Sequence record: SRR22947727_3270
Reading direction: 5' to 3' (one strand)
DNA: 34,265 nucleotides
Shown here: piece by piece, positions 17,716 to 30,212 of the stretch
How positions within the stretch are numbered: the stretch's first letter is position 1
Layout of the letters: every line of letters starts with the position of its first letter
Translations under genes and position numbers: made by a program
The notes under the pieces: generated by a model
Database searches by the model: none
What the model saw: only the letters and a program-made list of their open reading frames with translations
What the model was told of the DNA's origin: nothing

Positions 17716-18315
17716 TTACCGCGGGTCCTGATACTCGTAATAGCCGTCGGTTGGGATCATCACGTGTGCCCCAGGGGTTCCAGGGAACATGACATAGGGC
17801 GCGCCGCTGTTGAAATCGTCCGTCATACCATCGAGCGAAGAGGGGTCCTTGGGTAACAACATGAGGTGAGGGCCCGACTCGATCCACTGGGAGGGATCCT
17901 TGGCATCGGCCAGATCCAGCACACCAGCGGTCGTATTATCTTCACCAACATCACCATGGAGCATCCACATAAACGCATCACGTTCAAGCTGAGGATCTCT
18001 GCCTGCCATGAAGTCACTCATCCATTTCAACCCCACGTCGTCGGTACAGACGGGCATTGCTTGATGCGCACTGCTCCAGCCCCCTTCAGGGGCTGGCCGC
18101 GGATTCCCCACCATACAGGTCCAGCCATTGGACCCCTCACGCAATACCGTACCATCCAGTCCCAGCACCGTAGCATTCGTGCCCAGTGGTGCTGGCGCGG
18201 CGGAAGAATAGGCCCAGATCTGCCATTCGGCGCCATCGTGTGGTCCGGCCGGCTCACCGGCCTGCGCCGTCATCGTAAGGCCCACCAAAAACGCCCCGAT
18301 AATAAATTCTCTCAT
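17716..18315 (-). CDS. Exported hypothetical protein (199 aa)
   Basis: Signal peptide (AQA); motifs SAAP, LREGSNGWTC, WMLHGD.GEDN, WIESGPHLML and PYVM.PGTP.AHVMIP. Confidence 0.85.
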   Translation of the reverse strand: MREFIIGAFLVGLTMTAQAGEPAGPHDGAEWQIWAYSSAAPAPLGTNATVLGLDGTVLREGSNGWTCMVGNPRPAPEGGWSSAHQAMPVCTDDVGLKWMSDFMAGRDPQLERDAFMWMLHGDVGEDNTTAGVLDLADAKDPSQWIESGPHLMLLPKDPSSLDGMTDDFNSGAPYVMFPGTPGAHVMIPTDGYYEYQDPR

Positions 18316-18446
18316 CCTATTACGCTCCCGTTAGTCATCCTCTTGAGTCCGCATTGCACTCAGTTGCGCACTCACCTGTTGGCAACCCATGCAAAGCAAC
18401 GATTAGCCTAGGGTAAAACAAGTGTCGTCACAAACGTCCACTCCCA

Positions 18447-19451
18447 CTACAGACTCAGGCAAATCTTGCCGAAGTGCTGCTGTGACTCCTGATAGCGAAA
18501 GGCCTCTGCCAGCTCAGGTAATGCAAAGGTTTTATCAATGACCGGCTGCAGGTTATTGGCCTCGACAGCGGCAATCATGTTGATATGGTCCGCCCGACTG
18601 CCGACGGTAATACCACTCAAACGACCATTTTTCCTCATTAACTCGCCAGTGGGCATCTCACCCGCCCAACCGGTGAGTACACCGATGAGACTGATGCATC
18701 CATCGATCGCTAAGGCGTTAATGGATTGTGGCAAGTTGCCTGGGCCCCCTACTTCGACGACCAAATCCACTCCACAGCCGCCCGTAAGTTCAAACGCCTG
18801 TTCACCCCAGTTGGCCTGCTCTCGGTAATTGATCAGGTGTTCGGCACCCAACGCCTTCAGCCGCTCAAGCTTGGCATCGGATGACGACGTGGCAATGACA
18901 CGGCAACCCATCATCCGGGCAAATTGCAGTGCCACCACCGACACACCGCCACTTCCTTGCACTAACACCCAATCACCGGGCTTGAGATCTGTCTCGACCA
19001 CGAGTGCTCGCCACGCGGTTAATCCCGCGCAGGTGAGGGTTGCCGCTGCCGCAAAATCGAGATGCGCGGGCATTCGACTAAAGGCAGAAGCCGGCATGGT
19101 AACGCTCTGCGCCGCGAAGCCATCAACATGATCGCCCGGAACACCCAACAAATTAGGCAAGTTAGGACGACCCGAAGGCCAATGAGGAAAAAAGTAACTC
19201 AGCACGCGATCGCCCACCACATAATCGGAGACGCCGTCTCCGACCGCCGTGACGACACCCGCCCCATCGGACATCGGAATACGACCATCCGCTGCGGGAA
19301 TCATTCCCGTCACCACCGCATAATCATGAAAATTCAACGAGCTTGCCTTCACCTCAACTTGCACTTCGCCGAGACCAGGCGCTCGTGGCGTCATCTCATT
19401 GAGCTGGAGTTGGTCAAGCCCTCCCGGGGCAGAAAGCTGCATTGCTTGCAT
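18447..19451 (-). CDS. MDR-family NAD(P)-dependent oxidoreductase (quinone reductase/ADH-like)
   Basis: ASSLNFHD, IPMSDGAGVV, TLTCAGLTAWRAL, QGSGGVS and HFGKI. Confidence 0.92.
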   Translation of the reverse strand: MQAMQLSAPGGLDQLQLNEMTPRAPGLGEVQVEVKASSLNFHDYAVVTGMIPAADGRIPMSDGAGVVTAVGDGVSDYVVGDRVLSYFFPHWPSGRPNLPNLLGVPGDHVDGFAAQSVTMPASAFSRMPAHLDFAAAATLTCAGLTAWRALVVETDLKPGDWVLVQGSGGVSVVALQFARMMGCRVIATSSSDAKLERLKALGAEHLINYREQANWGEQAFELTGGCGVDLVVEVGGPGNLPQSINALAIDGCISLIGVLTGWAGEMPTGELMRKNGRLSGITVGSRADHINMIAAVEANNLQPVIDKTFALPELAEAFRYQESQQHFGKICLSL

Positions 19452-19690
19452 AAGCGCTCCTATTGCGTCTTATCAGTCAAAAATAAGCATCAAGCCTTTA
19501 CGTCCGCATGATGCACATCGCTGCAACAGGTGATTACCGCAATCGATACGCGCCTCACTGATTCAGCGGCCAAGGCTCGTGTGTCTGCTAAGCTACCACC
19601 AAATACACACATCGACCAAGACATGACCGACTATTAGGCCATGTCGCAACGCGCCCATTTGCTGGTGCCCTCTAGATGAGAACAATCGTC

Positions 19691-20611
19691 ATGACCAAAC
19701 TCGAACAACTGCGCACCATGACCACCGTCGTTGCCGATACGGGAGATCTTGATGCGATCGCTAAGCTCAAGCCGACCGATGCCACCACTAATCCTTCGCT
19801 ACTGTTAAAGGCCGCTGCGTTGACACAGTTCAGTGACCAAATCGGAACACTGCAAGCATCTTCTCTGCCGATCGATGATCGTGTCGATCAATTTGCGGTA
19901 GCGGTGGGTTCAGAGATCAACCGACTGATACCGGGCGTGATCAGTACGGAGGTAGACGCGCGACTCTCCTTCGACACAGACGCCACCATCGCCAAGGCCG
20001 AGAAACTGATCGAACTCTATGCCGACGCGGGCATTAGCGCCGATCGGGTGTTGATCAAGGTCGCTGCGACGTGGGAGGGCATCCGAGCCGCTGAAACGCT
20101 GGAGCAACGGGGTATTCACTGTAACGCCACGCTCATTTTCAGTTTCGAGCAGGCCTGCGCCTGCGCAGATGCGGGCGTCTTTCTCATCTCACCGTTCGTG
20201 GGGCGCATTACCGATTGGTACACCGCTCATACCGACCTAGTCATTGCCGATCCCCTACAGGACCCTGGCGTACAATCGGTCACGCGCATCTACACTCATT
20301 TTAAAACACACCAGTACGACACCGTCGTCATGGGTGCCAGCTTCCGCAATACGGGTCAGATAGAGGCCTTAGCGGGCTGTGATCGGCTGACGATCAGTCC
20401 TAACCTACTCAGCGAGCTAGCGGCTGACAACGGTGCACTGCCGCGCCAGTTACAGGACACCCGCGCACACTTGCCACGATCAGAGCGCCTCAGTCACAAC
20501 GCGTTTCTATTCGCCAACAGCCAAGACCCTATGGCATGTGACAAATTAAGCGATGGCATTCGACGCTTTGTCGCCGATCAAGAACAACTTGAGGCATTGC
20601 TCGCGGGTTAG
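19691..20611 (+). CDS. tal: Transaldolase
   Basis: [48 protein letters not shown] and VMGASFRN. Confidence 0.97.
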   Translation: MTKLEQLRTMTTVVADTGDLDAIAKLKPTDATTNPSLLLKAAALTQFSDQIGTLQASSLPIDDRVDQFAVAVGSEINRLIPGVISTEVDARLSFDTDATIAKAEKLIELYADAGISADRVLIKVAATWEGIRAAETLEQRGIHCNATLIFSFEQACACADAGVFLISPFVGRITDWYTAHTDLVIADPLQDPGVQSVTRIYTHFKTHQYDTVVMGASFRNTGQIEALAGCDRLTISPNLLSELAADNGALPRQLQDTRAHLPRSERLSHNAFLFANSQDPMACDKLSDGIRRFVADQEQLEALLAG

Positions 20612-20651
20612 CGCGACCCCTCACGAGGCCGCATCAACCCCCTGCGGTGCG

Positions 20652-22028
20652 TCAACCCAGAATCGCGGGTAATTCCTTTGCGAGTGCCATTCGTTGTTTG
20701 ACCGCTTGGCCGGTGAGCGCGAAACCCAGCAGGTCTCCTTCGCTAGAGCGAAAGACCGCTTTGATGTCGGGCGCGTCGCCCTCAAAAAGCCACTCCCCCT
20801 CGGCATCGCGCGCCGGCGGCGACACCACAATCGGGCACGCCGGCGTTTTAATGGCGACAGGCATAGCCGGATAACTCACCTCGGTGGGCTCTCCAGCCAG
20901 CGTGGCCGCGAGTGCTCGCGCTGCCGCCATCAGCGGTGCAACGTAAACCAATACGTGTCCCGCCACCTCAGCGCAATCACCCATGGCATAAACATGTGGC
21001 GCACTCGTCTGTAACAAACGATCGGTCACGATACCCCGCTGGGTCTGAATGCCGGCCTCAGTAGCCAATGCCGTGCGGGGCCGCACACCAACCGCACAGA
21101 GCACCGCATCCGCCTCGATCGTCTCTCCATTGTTGAGCGATACGACGTACCCTGTCTCGCTACGGTTCACCTCGGTTGCCAGTGGTCCAAAATGAAATGT
21201 GGCGCCCTTCTCCTCTAATGCGGCCTGCACCGCCCGACCCGATGGCTCGGGTAACAGGGTCGGCAAACACCAACCCATTGGGTCAACTGCTTCCACTGAA
21301 AATCCGCCATTAAGCAGGTCATTAGCAAATTCACAGCCAATCAAACCAGCGCCAATGATGGCAATCTTTTTAGCACCGCGAGCCTCGAGTAAATCCTGAA
21401 AACGACGATAATCATCGAGGTCGTTGACACCCAGCACTTCGTCCGCCGCATCTCCCCCGATGGGCGGACGAATTAATTCAGCGCCCAACGCCAATACGAG
21501 CTCCGAGTACGACAGTGATTCACCCTTATCGAGCTGAATGGTTTGAGCATCAGTATCGATTTGGGTGATCTGCGTTCGCGTGCGAACCGTCACAGACAAT
21601 TGCTCAGCAAGCTCCAAAGCGCTTTGCGTCGCAAGCTTATCCGCCGAAAGATCCTTCGTGTAGCCGGTGGAGATCATCGGCTTGGAATAGCCCTCACCAC
21701 CGTCAGAAGTGAGCACCGTGATTGCGATCGCGTCATCTTTACGCCTTAGCTCGCGCACTAAACCGTAGCCCGCCAGCCCCGAACCAATCACGACAACGTG
21801 ACGGCTCTGAGCTTCACGCCCGCTATTGGCAGTGGCATCGGTGCTTTCTGATGCGCCATCTTCGGAGCCGGGAATCAGCTCAAAATCATCTTTACCCACA
21901 CCACAATCAGGACAGCTCCAGTCCTCTGGTACGTCTTGCCATTTTGTGCCGGGGGCAATGCCGTCATCCGGCCACCCCTCTTTCTCATCGTAAATTAGTC
22001 CGCAGACGATGCATTCCCATCGAGCCAT
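20652..22028 (-). CDS. Rubredoxin / rubredoxin-NAD(+) reductase fusion protein
   Basis: N-terminal CIVCG.IYD..GWP..GI.PGT.W..VP.DW.CPDCG rubredoxin, then an acidic/Ser linker, then [36 protein letters not shown] and YPAMPV.IKTP (RubB/AlkT-like). Confidence 0.93.
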   Translation of the reverse strand: MARWECIVCGLIYDEKEGWPDDGIAPGTKWQDVPEDWSCPDCGVGKDDFELIPGSEDGASESTDATANSGREAQSRHVVVIGSGLAGYGLVRELRRKDDAIAITVLTSDGGEGYSKPMISTGYTKDLSADKLATQSALELAEQLSVTVRTRTQITQIDTDAQTIQLDKGESLSYSELVLALGAELIRPPIGGDAADEVLGVNDLDDYRRFQDLLEARGAKKIAIIGAGLIGCEFANDLLNGGFSVEAVDPMGWCLPTLLPEPSGRAVQAALEEKGATFHFGPLATEVNRSETGYVVSLNNGETIEADAVLCAVGVRPRTALATEAGIQTQRGIVTDRLLQTSAPHVYAMGDCAEVAGHVLVYVAPLMAAARALAATLAGEPTEVSYPAMPVAIKTPACPIVVSPPARDAEGEWLFEGDAPDIKAVFRSSEGDLLGFALTGQAVKQRMALAKELPAILG

Positions 22029-22147
22029 GTGCTGTTTCCCTTTTTTGTCATCATTCGACTAGTGCTGTGCCGGCGGGTAAAACGCCGTGCACGGCTGCCG
22101 TCGTTACACCACTGATACGACGCTTTCTGCGCACCGCGCCATCGCCA

Positions 22148-24250
<2,103 letters not shown>

Positions 24251-24440
24251 TCAGTGGCAACATCATAGAGGACGCAAGATAGCGCAGCCGGAGGAGTGAA
24301 AACAGTAGTTTGATGCGGTTTTACCTGCGTCAATTGTGCCGCACAGCTTGGTTAATGGAGTGCGGACAAACCAAGGCCCCTGGCCACAGGACAGCTAAGA
24401 CCCCACTCATGGCGACCATCTGCAGTTTCTTTCCTTATTA

Positions 24441-24483
24441 TGTATAGCTTGTTAAACACAAATACAGTAAAACTATTAGCACA
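24441..24483. promoter_or_regulatory. Tandem PpsR/CrtJ-type operator
   Basis: TGT-N12-ACA at 24441-24458, a 7-bp gap, then AGT-N12-ACA at 24466-24483, ending 22 bp before the ATG at 24506. Confidence 0.75.
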
Positions 24484-24505
24484 TTAGCGGTATTACCTCA
24501 GGACA

Positions 24506-25699
24506 ATGGACAGAACAGCATTACTGACATTGGGACGCTTTCCTAAGGCACTCACACTCGCCAGAGGACTGCATCGTCAAGGGGTTCGCGTTATTGTGGC
24601 GGATCCGCTCAAACGTCACATCTGCTCGATCAGCCGCGCCGTCGCCAAAAGTTATCAGGTCACCGCGCCCAACGACGATCTCCTTGCGTGGCAAACGGAG
24701 TTGCTCGCGATTATCGAAACTGAGCACGTCACCGACGTCATTCCGGTTTCAGAGGAAATTTGCCACGTCGGTAATTTGGCGGCCCTGCTGCCCGAAAAGG
24801 TCCGCTACGTCGGCCCTTCAGCGCAGTGGCTAGATCATTGGCATGACAAACTCGATTTTGTAGATCATGCGATCAACCAAGGCGTCACAGCACCCTCTGT
24901 CTACGTGGCAACCGATCCCGATACCCGCGCATTGATCAGGCAAACCGACTGTGTCCTCAAGCCGCGCAGAGGTTGCTCGGGGACTGAGGTCTCGTTTATT
25001 CGCCGCGGCAGCGCACTCCCCCCCGCGTCCCCGGACATGCTATTACAACGCAAAGTCGAGGGCAGTCACTTGTGTACCCTGAGCTGGGTGAAGGACGGCG
25101 TCGCAGTAGCGACCGCAAGCTATCGCGGCACTACCTATAGCGGCACGGTGGCGGTTGGCTTTCAATGCGCGGCCACGCCTTTTTCCGTCCGGCAGTGGAT
25201 CGATCAATTCCTCGCCAATACCAGCACAACCGGATTCATTAGCTTCGACTTTATTCTTGATCGAGCGGGTATTCCTTGGGGTATCGAGTGCAACCCCAGG
25301 TTGAGTAGCGGTATTCACTTCATGGATGAAGGCTGGATTGGTGGCGCAGTGCTGGATCTGCCCCAAGGCCCTGGATCCATCAGTGCCGCGGGCAAGCGCG
25401 CTCAGTGGGGCTACTCGACCCTAACGGAGGCTTATAAATATCTTTTTCGGCTTCGCCTCCCCGAGCTCAGCCGTTGCCTCAGAGACTTTTTTCTGTCGCG
25501 TGATGTGGTGTGGTCTTGGCGGGACCCTCTTCCCTTTTTATTGATGACACCCCTGAGCTGGGAGCTTATCTGGATCTCGCTGAAAGAGCGGATCTCACTG
25601 GGAGACGCCAGCCAGCGTGATATTGCTTGGCATTGGTTTAAAACAACTGACGAGGTAGAGCACAGTGTTATACCGAGCGGTGATCAACATGAAGCATAA
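24506..25699 (+). CDS. ATP-grasp domain protein of unknown function
   Basis: VIPVSEE, HDKLDF, VLKP..GCSG, LLQRKVEG, GFISFDFI and IECNPR; AGGA RBS. Confidence 0.88.
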   Translation: MDRTALLTLGRFPKALTLARGLHRQGVRVIVADPLKRHICSISRAVAKSYQVTAPNDDLLAWQTELLAIIETEHVTDVIPVSEEICHVGNLAALLPEKVRYVGPSAQWLDHWHDKLDFVDHAINQGVTAPSVYVATDPDTRALIRQTDCVLKPRRGCSGTEVSFIRRGSALPPASPDMLLQRKVEGSHLCTLSWVKDGVAVATASYRGTTYSGTVAVGFQCAATPFSVRQWIDQFLANTSTTGFISFDFILDRAGIPWGIECNPRLSSGIHFMDEGWIGGAVLDLPQGPGSISAAGKRAQWGYSTLTEAYKYLFRLRLPELSRCLRDFFLSRDVVWSWRDPLPFLLMTPLSWELIWISLKERISLGDASQRDIAWHWFKTTDEVEHSVIPSGDQHEA

Positions 25700-27056
25700 C
25701 TTGGCTTGCCGGTCGCGTCGTCATTCGCGCTGCTGGCCGAACCGTCTGGCCCGACGCCAAAGTCCAGTCAAAATGACGCACCAGCTCGGCCAAGATCAGG
25801 ACACTCTCCGTCTGGGCAAATCCAGCACCCACACAGGTATGGGGTCCCTGTCCAAACGGAATGTAGGCTCCCTGCACCAGCTCTTTTTCATGCTCGGGCA
25901 AAAACCGCTCCGGACAAAACGCATGGGGGTCAGTCCACCATTTCGCATGTCGGTGCAGCGTCCAAGGCGCCACCATCACCAGGGCCCCCTTGCGCAATCG
26001 ACGACCTCCAATCGTGGTCTCTCGCGTGGCAACCCGGGGCATGAAGGTGATCGGTGGATACAACCGCAATGTCTCTTTAAAAAACGCCTTCGTCAGGGGC
26101 AATTGCCGGGTATGTTCGAAGGTCATTCGTCCGTCACCCACAACCTGCTCGATTTCGTCACGCAATCGCTCACGCCACTGCGGTTGATCGGCGAGCACGT
26201 AAAAAGCCCAAGTCAGCACGCTGGCAGTGGTTTCATGGCCCGCCAAAAAAAACACACCCAATTGATCAATCAATTCCTCGCGCGTAAACGGCTCACCAGT
26301 ATCACGGTCATGAGCGGCGATCACACTACTGGCGATATCGTCAAAGCCGCTGGGATCGTCAAGGTGGGAATCGACCAACACACCAAGATGATGTCGAATA
26401 CGCTCGCAGGCACCGAGCACTTCGGGAGGCTGCGGGAATTCACTCCAAGCCGGTTTGAAAATCAGGCGCAGCACGTCGACTTGAACCGCGGATTTTTCAA
26501 ACAGGGTAAAATCTTCAAAGACATCAACCGCCACCCCCGACTGCAGTGGCGTCGAGAACACAGTTCGACAAATAATGTCGGCTGTCAGGTGACTCATGGC
26601 CAAGTCCAGCGAAAAGACCTCACCCGAGTCCGCCTTGTCGCGCAGCGACAACAAGTGCTCATCGACTGCGGCTTGCATCGCCGTGAAGGCGTGACTGATG
26701 CGCATATGAGAAAAAGCGGGGTCGATCATTGCACGCTGTCGCTTCCAGCGCTCTCCGTCAGTGACAAAAATACTGTCGCCAATCAAGTGCTCCAGCGCGC
26801 TCACCATCAAATCACTTTTCGGAAATACGCCTTGTGCATCGCGCATAATCTCGCGGACAGTATCGGGGTCATTGAACAACACGGTGGAACGTCTCGAGTA
26901 ACCAAGATTGCCCACATCAAAACGGTAGGCAGCAGCGGGCAGCAACTCAAGCAAATTGCCATCACCCTTCCACAGTACACGCGCCAGCGCCACAACAGAC
27001 CAGAGCGACAGAGGTTTGGGGGGTATATACAGATTATCCGTTGCCATCACACGCAT
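25668..27056 (-). CDS. Cytochrome P450
   Basis: I-helix AGHETT, ExxR (ETLRLYPP), PERF and heme motif FGQGPHTCVG. Start at 27056 or 27047. Confidence 0.96.
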   Translation of the reverse strand: MRVMATDNLYIPPKPLSLWSVVALARVLWKGDGNLLELLPAAAYRFDVGNLGYSRRSTVLFNDPDTVREIMRDAQGVFPKSDLMVSALEHLIGDSIFVTDGERWKRQRAMIDPAFSHMRISHAFTAMQAAVDEHLLSLRDKADSGEVFSLDLAMSHLTADIICRTVFSTPLQSGVAVDVFEDFTLFEKSAVQVDVLRLIFKPAWSEFPQPPEVLGACERIRHHLGVLVDSHLDDPSGFDDIASSVIAAHDRDTGEPFTREELIDQLGVFFLAGHETTASVLTWAFYVLADQPQWRERLRDEIEQVVGDGRMTFEHTRQLPLTKAFFKETLRLYPPITFMPRVATRETTIGGRRLRKGALVMVAPWTLHRHAKWWTDPHAFCPERFLPEHEKELVQGAYIPFGQGPHTCVGAGFAQTESVLILAELVRHFDWTLASGQTVRPAARMTTRPASQVMLHVDHRSV

Positions 27057-27091
27057 CCCATTTTCTGCACACAGTATGGAGCGGGGGTGTA

Positions 27092-27838
27092 ATGGTGTCG
27101 ACCCACACCCTGTTTGAATGGCTTGTTGGATTACACATCCTAACCGGTGCCATTGGGCTGGTTGTCATTTGGATACCCATTGCAGGTCGCAAAGGGGGAC
27201 AGCTACACCGCCGAGCGGGCAGATTATTTGTTCAGACAATGATTATGACGGGGTTTACCGCGGTCGCTATTAGCCTGACGACCCTCTCAGACCCAATCGG
27301 CACACATCCACATCTTGCCGATCATCCTGTCTTTGCCAATCCGCGAGCCATCACCAATATTTTTGGCTGGATGATGCTCTATCTCGCCACGTTAACGGTG
27401 AACCTTGCATGGCAAGGTTGGTTGAGTCTGCGCAACAAGCAGAATCATCTGGCCAATCGTGCCTGGCACAATCTACTCTCACAAGCACTATTAACCGTTG
27501 CATCTGCCAATTGTTTTGTCCGTGGCGCCACCGAGCCTGAACCCATGATGATGGGTATTGCGATGGTCGGTTTTGCGACGGTTGCGACCAACTTATGGTT
27601 TATTTATAAGCCTTATCCGTTGCCCACTGATCGCATTAAAGAGCATATTAAGTGCTTGGTCGGCGCTGGCATCTCTGTCTACACCGCGTTCTTTGCCTTT
27701 GGTGCAGTGCGTTTATTACCGGAACTCGCGTTGCAACCCGGACTTTGGGCGGTGCCATTAATCGTCGGCTTAGCGTTAATTATTTATCATCAGAGAACCG
27801 TCACACGACCTGCTTCTCGCAAATGGAAAGTGGTGTGA
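27092..27838 (+). CDS. Multi-pass membrane protein, DUF2306-like
   Basis: About 7 hydrophobic segments with LHI.TG, KGG..HRR.G and EHI....GAGI..YTAF motifs. Its TGA overlaps the GTG start of crtD. Confidence 0.8.
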   Translation: MVSTHTLFEWLVGLHILTGAIGLVVIWIPIAGRKGGQLHRRAGRLFVQTMIMTGFTAVAISLTTLSDPIGTHPHLADHPVFANPRAITNIFGWMMLYLATLTVNLAWQGWLSLRNKQNHLANRAWHNLLSQALLTVASANCFVRGATEPEPMMMGIAMVGFATVATNLWFIYKPYPLPTDRIKEHIKCLVGAGISVYTAFFAFGAVRLLPELALQPGLWAVPLIVGLALIIYHQRTVTRPASRKWKVV

Positions 27839-29322
27839 CCCAGCGCCATGTGATCGTCATTGGGGCGGGTGCGGGGGGATTGTCAGCTAGCATCGACCTA
27901 GCGCGAGCCGGCATGCGCGTCACCCTGCTCGAGCGCGCTGCCGCTCCCGGTGGGAAAATGCATACTCGAGAAGTCGATGACCTCAGCGTTGATGGCGGCC
28001 CCACGGTCCTCACCATGCGGTCGATTTTTGAACAGCTCTTCGAAGATGCCGGCACCTCCCTTAGTGATTACATCACGCTACTCGACAGTCCTGTCATTGC
28101 GCGTCACGCCTGGAGCGATGGCGGTCTGCTGGACTTGTTCCCAGACCGCGAACGATCCCGCCAGTCCATCGAACAGTTTGCGGGCAGCGATAACGCAGCC
28201 GGCTTCGATCGCTTCTATTCGCAGAGTGAAAAGATCCACAGGGCGCTGTCCTCCACTTTCATGGCGGCCAGTAAGCCCAATCCGCTGACACTGGTTGGCA
28301 GAGTGTTACGTCAGCATCCCCTCAGCTCGTTACTCGCAGCACGGCCATCAACCGATCTATGGCGCGCACTGGGTGGCTTTTTTTCAGACGAACGACTGCA
28401 ACAATTATTTGCGCGTTACGCGACCTACGTGGGGTCTTCGCCACTCAGCACACCCGCCACCTTAATGCTGATTGCGCACGTCGAGTTAGACGGCGTTTGG
28501 TTAGTCGATGGCGGCATGCACCGGCTTGCAGCGGCAATGGCTAAACTGGGACAGCAACTGGGCATAGACCTGCACCTCAACACCCACGTGAGTGACATCT
28601 TGGTAAAAAATGGAAAGGCAGTTGGCGTGCGCTTAGACGATGGCACTTCCCTGACAGCCGACGCGGTGGTCTTTAACGGCGACACGCAAGCCATCGCCAC
28701 CGGCCAACTCGGGGAATCTGCCCGCTCTGCCGTGACACTGCGGCCAAGCCGTCAGCGCGCGCTCTCTGCCTTTACTTGGTGTATCAAGGGTCAAGCATCT
28801 GGCTTCGACCTCGACCACCATAATGTCTTTTTCGAGTCGAATTATCCCAGTGAATTCAATACTATTTTTGAAAAACATCACGTTCCCACGAAACCGACCG
28901 TTTATGTGTGCGCACAAGATCGTGGCCCTACTGGAAAACGAAATAACGCGGAACGGTTACTGATGTTGGTTAATGCGCCTGCCAATGGGGATAACAAGAC
29001 GTGGTCGACTGATGAGGTCAGCCACATCCGCGATAATGCCCTCGCTGTGCTAAACCGCTGTGGATTAACGCTACGCTTTCACGACGACGACTGCGTTGCC
29101 ACGACCCCAACCGATTGGCACAGTCGCTTTCCCGGGAGTGGCGGCTCGCTCTATGGCGGCGCGTCACACGGCCTTTGGTCTAGCTTTACCCGGTCCGGTG
29201 CTCGCAGTCGTCTAAAAGGACTCTATCTATCGGGCGGCAGCGTGCATCCTGGCCCTGGCGTGCCAATGGCCACGCTGTCAGGCAGACTGGCGGCGCGCAC
29301 CCTGCTCAGCGACATCATCTGA
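27835..29322 (+). CDS. crtD: 1-hydroxycarotenoid 3,4-desaturase
   Basis: VIVIGAGAGGL, GGKM, DGGPTVLTMR, LARHAW-like IARHAW, RYATYVGSSP, GGSLYG and GGSVHPGPGVPMATLSGRLAA. GTG at 27835 is the likely start rather than 27652. Confidence 0.9.
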   Translation: MTQRHVIVIGAGAGGLSASIDLARAGMRVTLLERAAAPGGKMHTREVDDLSVDGGPTVLTMRSIFEQLFEDAGTSLSDYITLLDSPVIARHAWSDGGLLDLFPDRERSRQSIEQFAGSDNAAGFDRFYSQSEKIHRALSSTFMAASKPNPLTLVGRVLRQHPLSSLLAARPSTDLWRALGGFFSDERLQQLFARYATYVGSSPLSTPATLMLIAHVELDGVWLVDGGMHRLAAAMAKLGQQLGIDLHLNTHVSDILVKNGKAVGVRLDDGTSLTADAVVFNGDTQAIATGQLGESARSAVTLRPSRQRALSAFTWCIKGQASGFDLDHHNVFFESNYPSEFNTIFEKHHVPTKPTVYVCAQDRGPTGKRNNAERLLMLVNAPANGDNKTWSTDEVSHIRDNALAVLNRCGLTLRFHDDDCVATTPTDWHSRFPGSGGSLYGGASHGLWSSFTRSGARSRLKGLYLSGGSVHPGPGVPMATLSGRLAARTLLSDII

Positions 29323-30204
29323 GGGCGTCGCTGCTTGGACCGATAGGGCCCAAAAATCATCCAGTGCTGAAATCGTGTCGAGAGGTAATTCCCAATGGGG
29401 CAAACCCATGCTGGGAACAAGGCGTTTGATGGTCCATTGACCGTTTGCATCGTTCAATTCGGGGACACGTTCAAAGCCAATATTAGGATCGTCGTCGTAG
29501 AGCACCAAGCACGGCAGTGTGAGCCGGCTATACAAACGCGACATCGCCTGCTCTGTGAACAGATTAAAAGTCAGAAACTTGAGGGGGACGCGATGCGCGC
29601 CGGGTTGCCGAGCCGTCTCCCACGCATACTGCACTAGATATTCAGGCGTTTGACCAACAAACGCTTTATTCAAGAACCAGCGGATACTCGCTTTGGTGGT
29701 CAAGGCACGAAATAACGGCTGCCCTACCCAAGGTGAATTCAGCAGGCGGTCAAGTCGAGACCCGTTCGGCAGCGAGGGGGGACTCGCCGTTCCCATCCCG
29801 GTAGGCGAAATCAATGTCAGACTGCGTATCCGAGTGCCTTGCTCCAAAATGGCGCGGGCCACAAACTCCCCGGTCAACGACAGCGCGACCACGTCAGGGG
29901 GACTTTTAAAGTCTTTCAGCCACTCCGCGATCCACCGCGCATACTGGACGCTGGAGTACAATACCGCTGGACGATCAGAGAGGCCAAAACCGGGTAAATC
30001 GGGCGCCATCACCGGTCGCTTATCGCGGTAGTGCTCAAATAAAGGGCGAATTTCCATCGCACTCGGGGCCGCGTTAATACTGTGCAACAGCACCAGTGGA
30101 GTGCCTTCTGAGACCTCTCCTTGGTACCCGCGCAGCGTCACGTTTCCATCGAGCGAAACAGCGAACTGTTCCGCATCCAAAGCAGGCGTCAGGGGCTTGG
30201 CCAT
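29278..30204 (-). CDS. Alpha/beta-hydrolase fold protein
   Basis: PLVLLHSINAA, APDLPGFGLSDRP, nucleophile elbow VALSL and C-terminal LPHWE. Confidence 0.85.
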   Translation of the reverse strand: MAKPLTPALDAEQFAVSLDGNVTLRGYQGEVSEGTPLVLLHSINAAPSAMEIRPLFEHYRDKRPVMAPDLPGFGLSDRPAVLYSSVQYARWIAEWLKDFKSPPDVVALSLTGEFVARAILEQGTRIRSLTLISPTGMGTASPPSLPNGSRLDRLLNSPWVGQPLFRALTTKASIRWFLNKAFVGQTPEYLVQYAWETARQPGAHRVPLKFLTFNLFTEQAMSRLYSRLTLPCLVLYDDDPNIGFERVPELNDANGQWTIKRLVPSMGLPHWELPLDTISALDDFWALSVQAATPSDDVAEQGARRQSA

Positions 30205-30212
30205 GATATAAC

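Noticed and set aside
25665-27092. 475-aa plus-strand ORF fully antisense to the P450
   Set aside because: It is the codon-aligned shadow frame, open only because the P450 lacks TTA/CTA/TCA codons. It shows no recognisable motifs.
27652-27834. N-terminal extension of crtD in the ORF track (similar extensions for cysC at 7287 and the ORF at 9699)
   Set aside because: These extensions overlap upstream genes, promoters or terminators. Downstream starts fit the RBS and family N-termini better.
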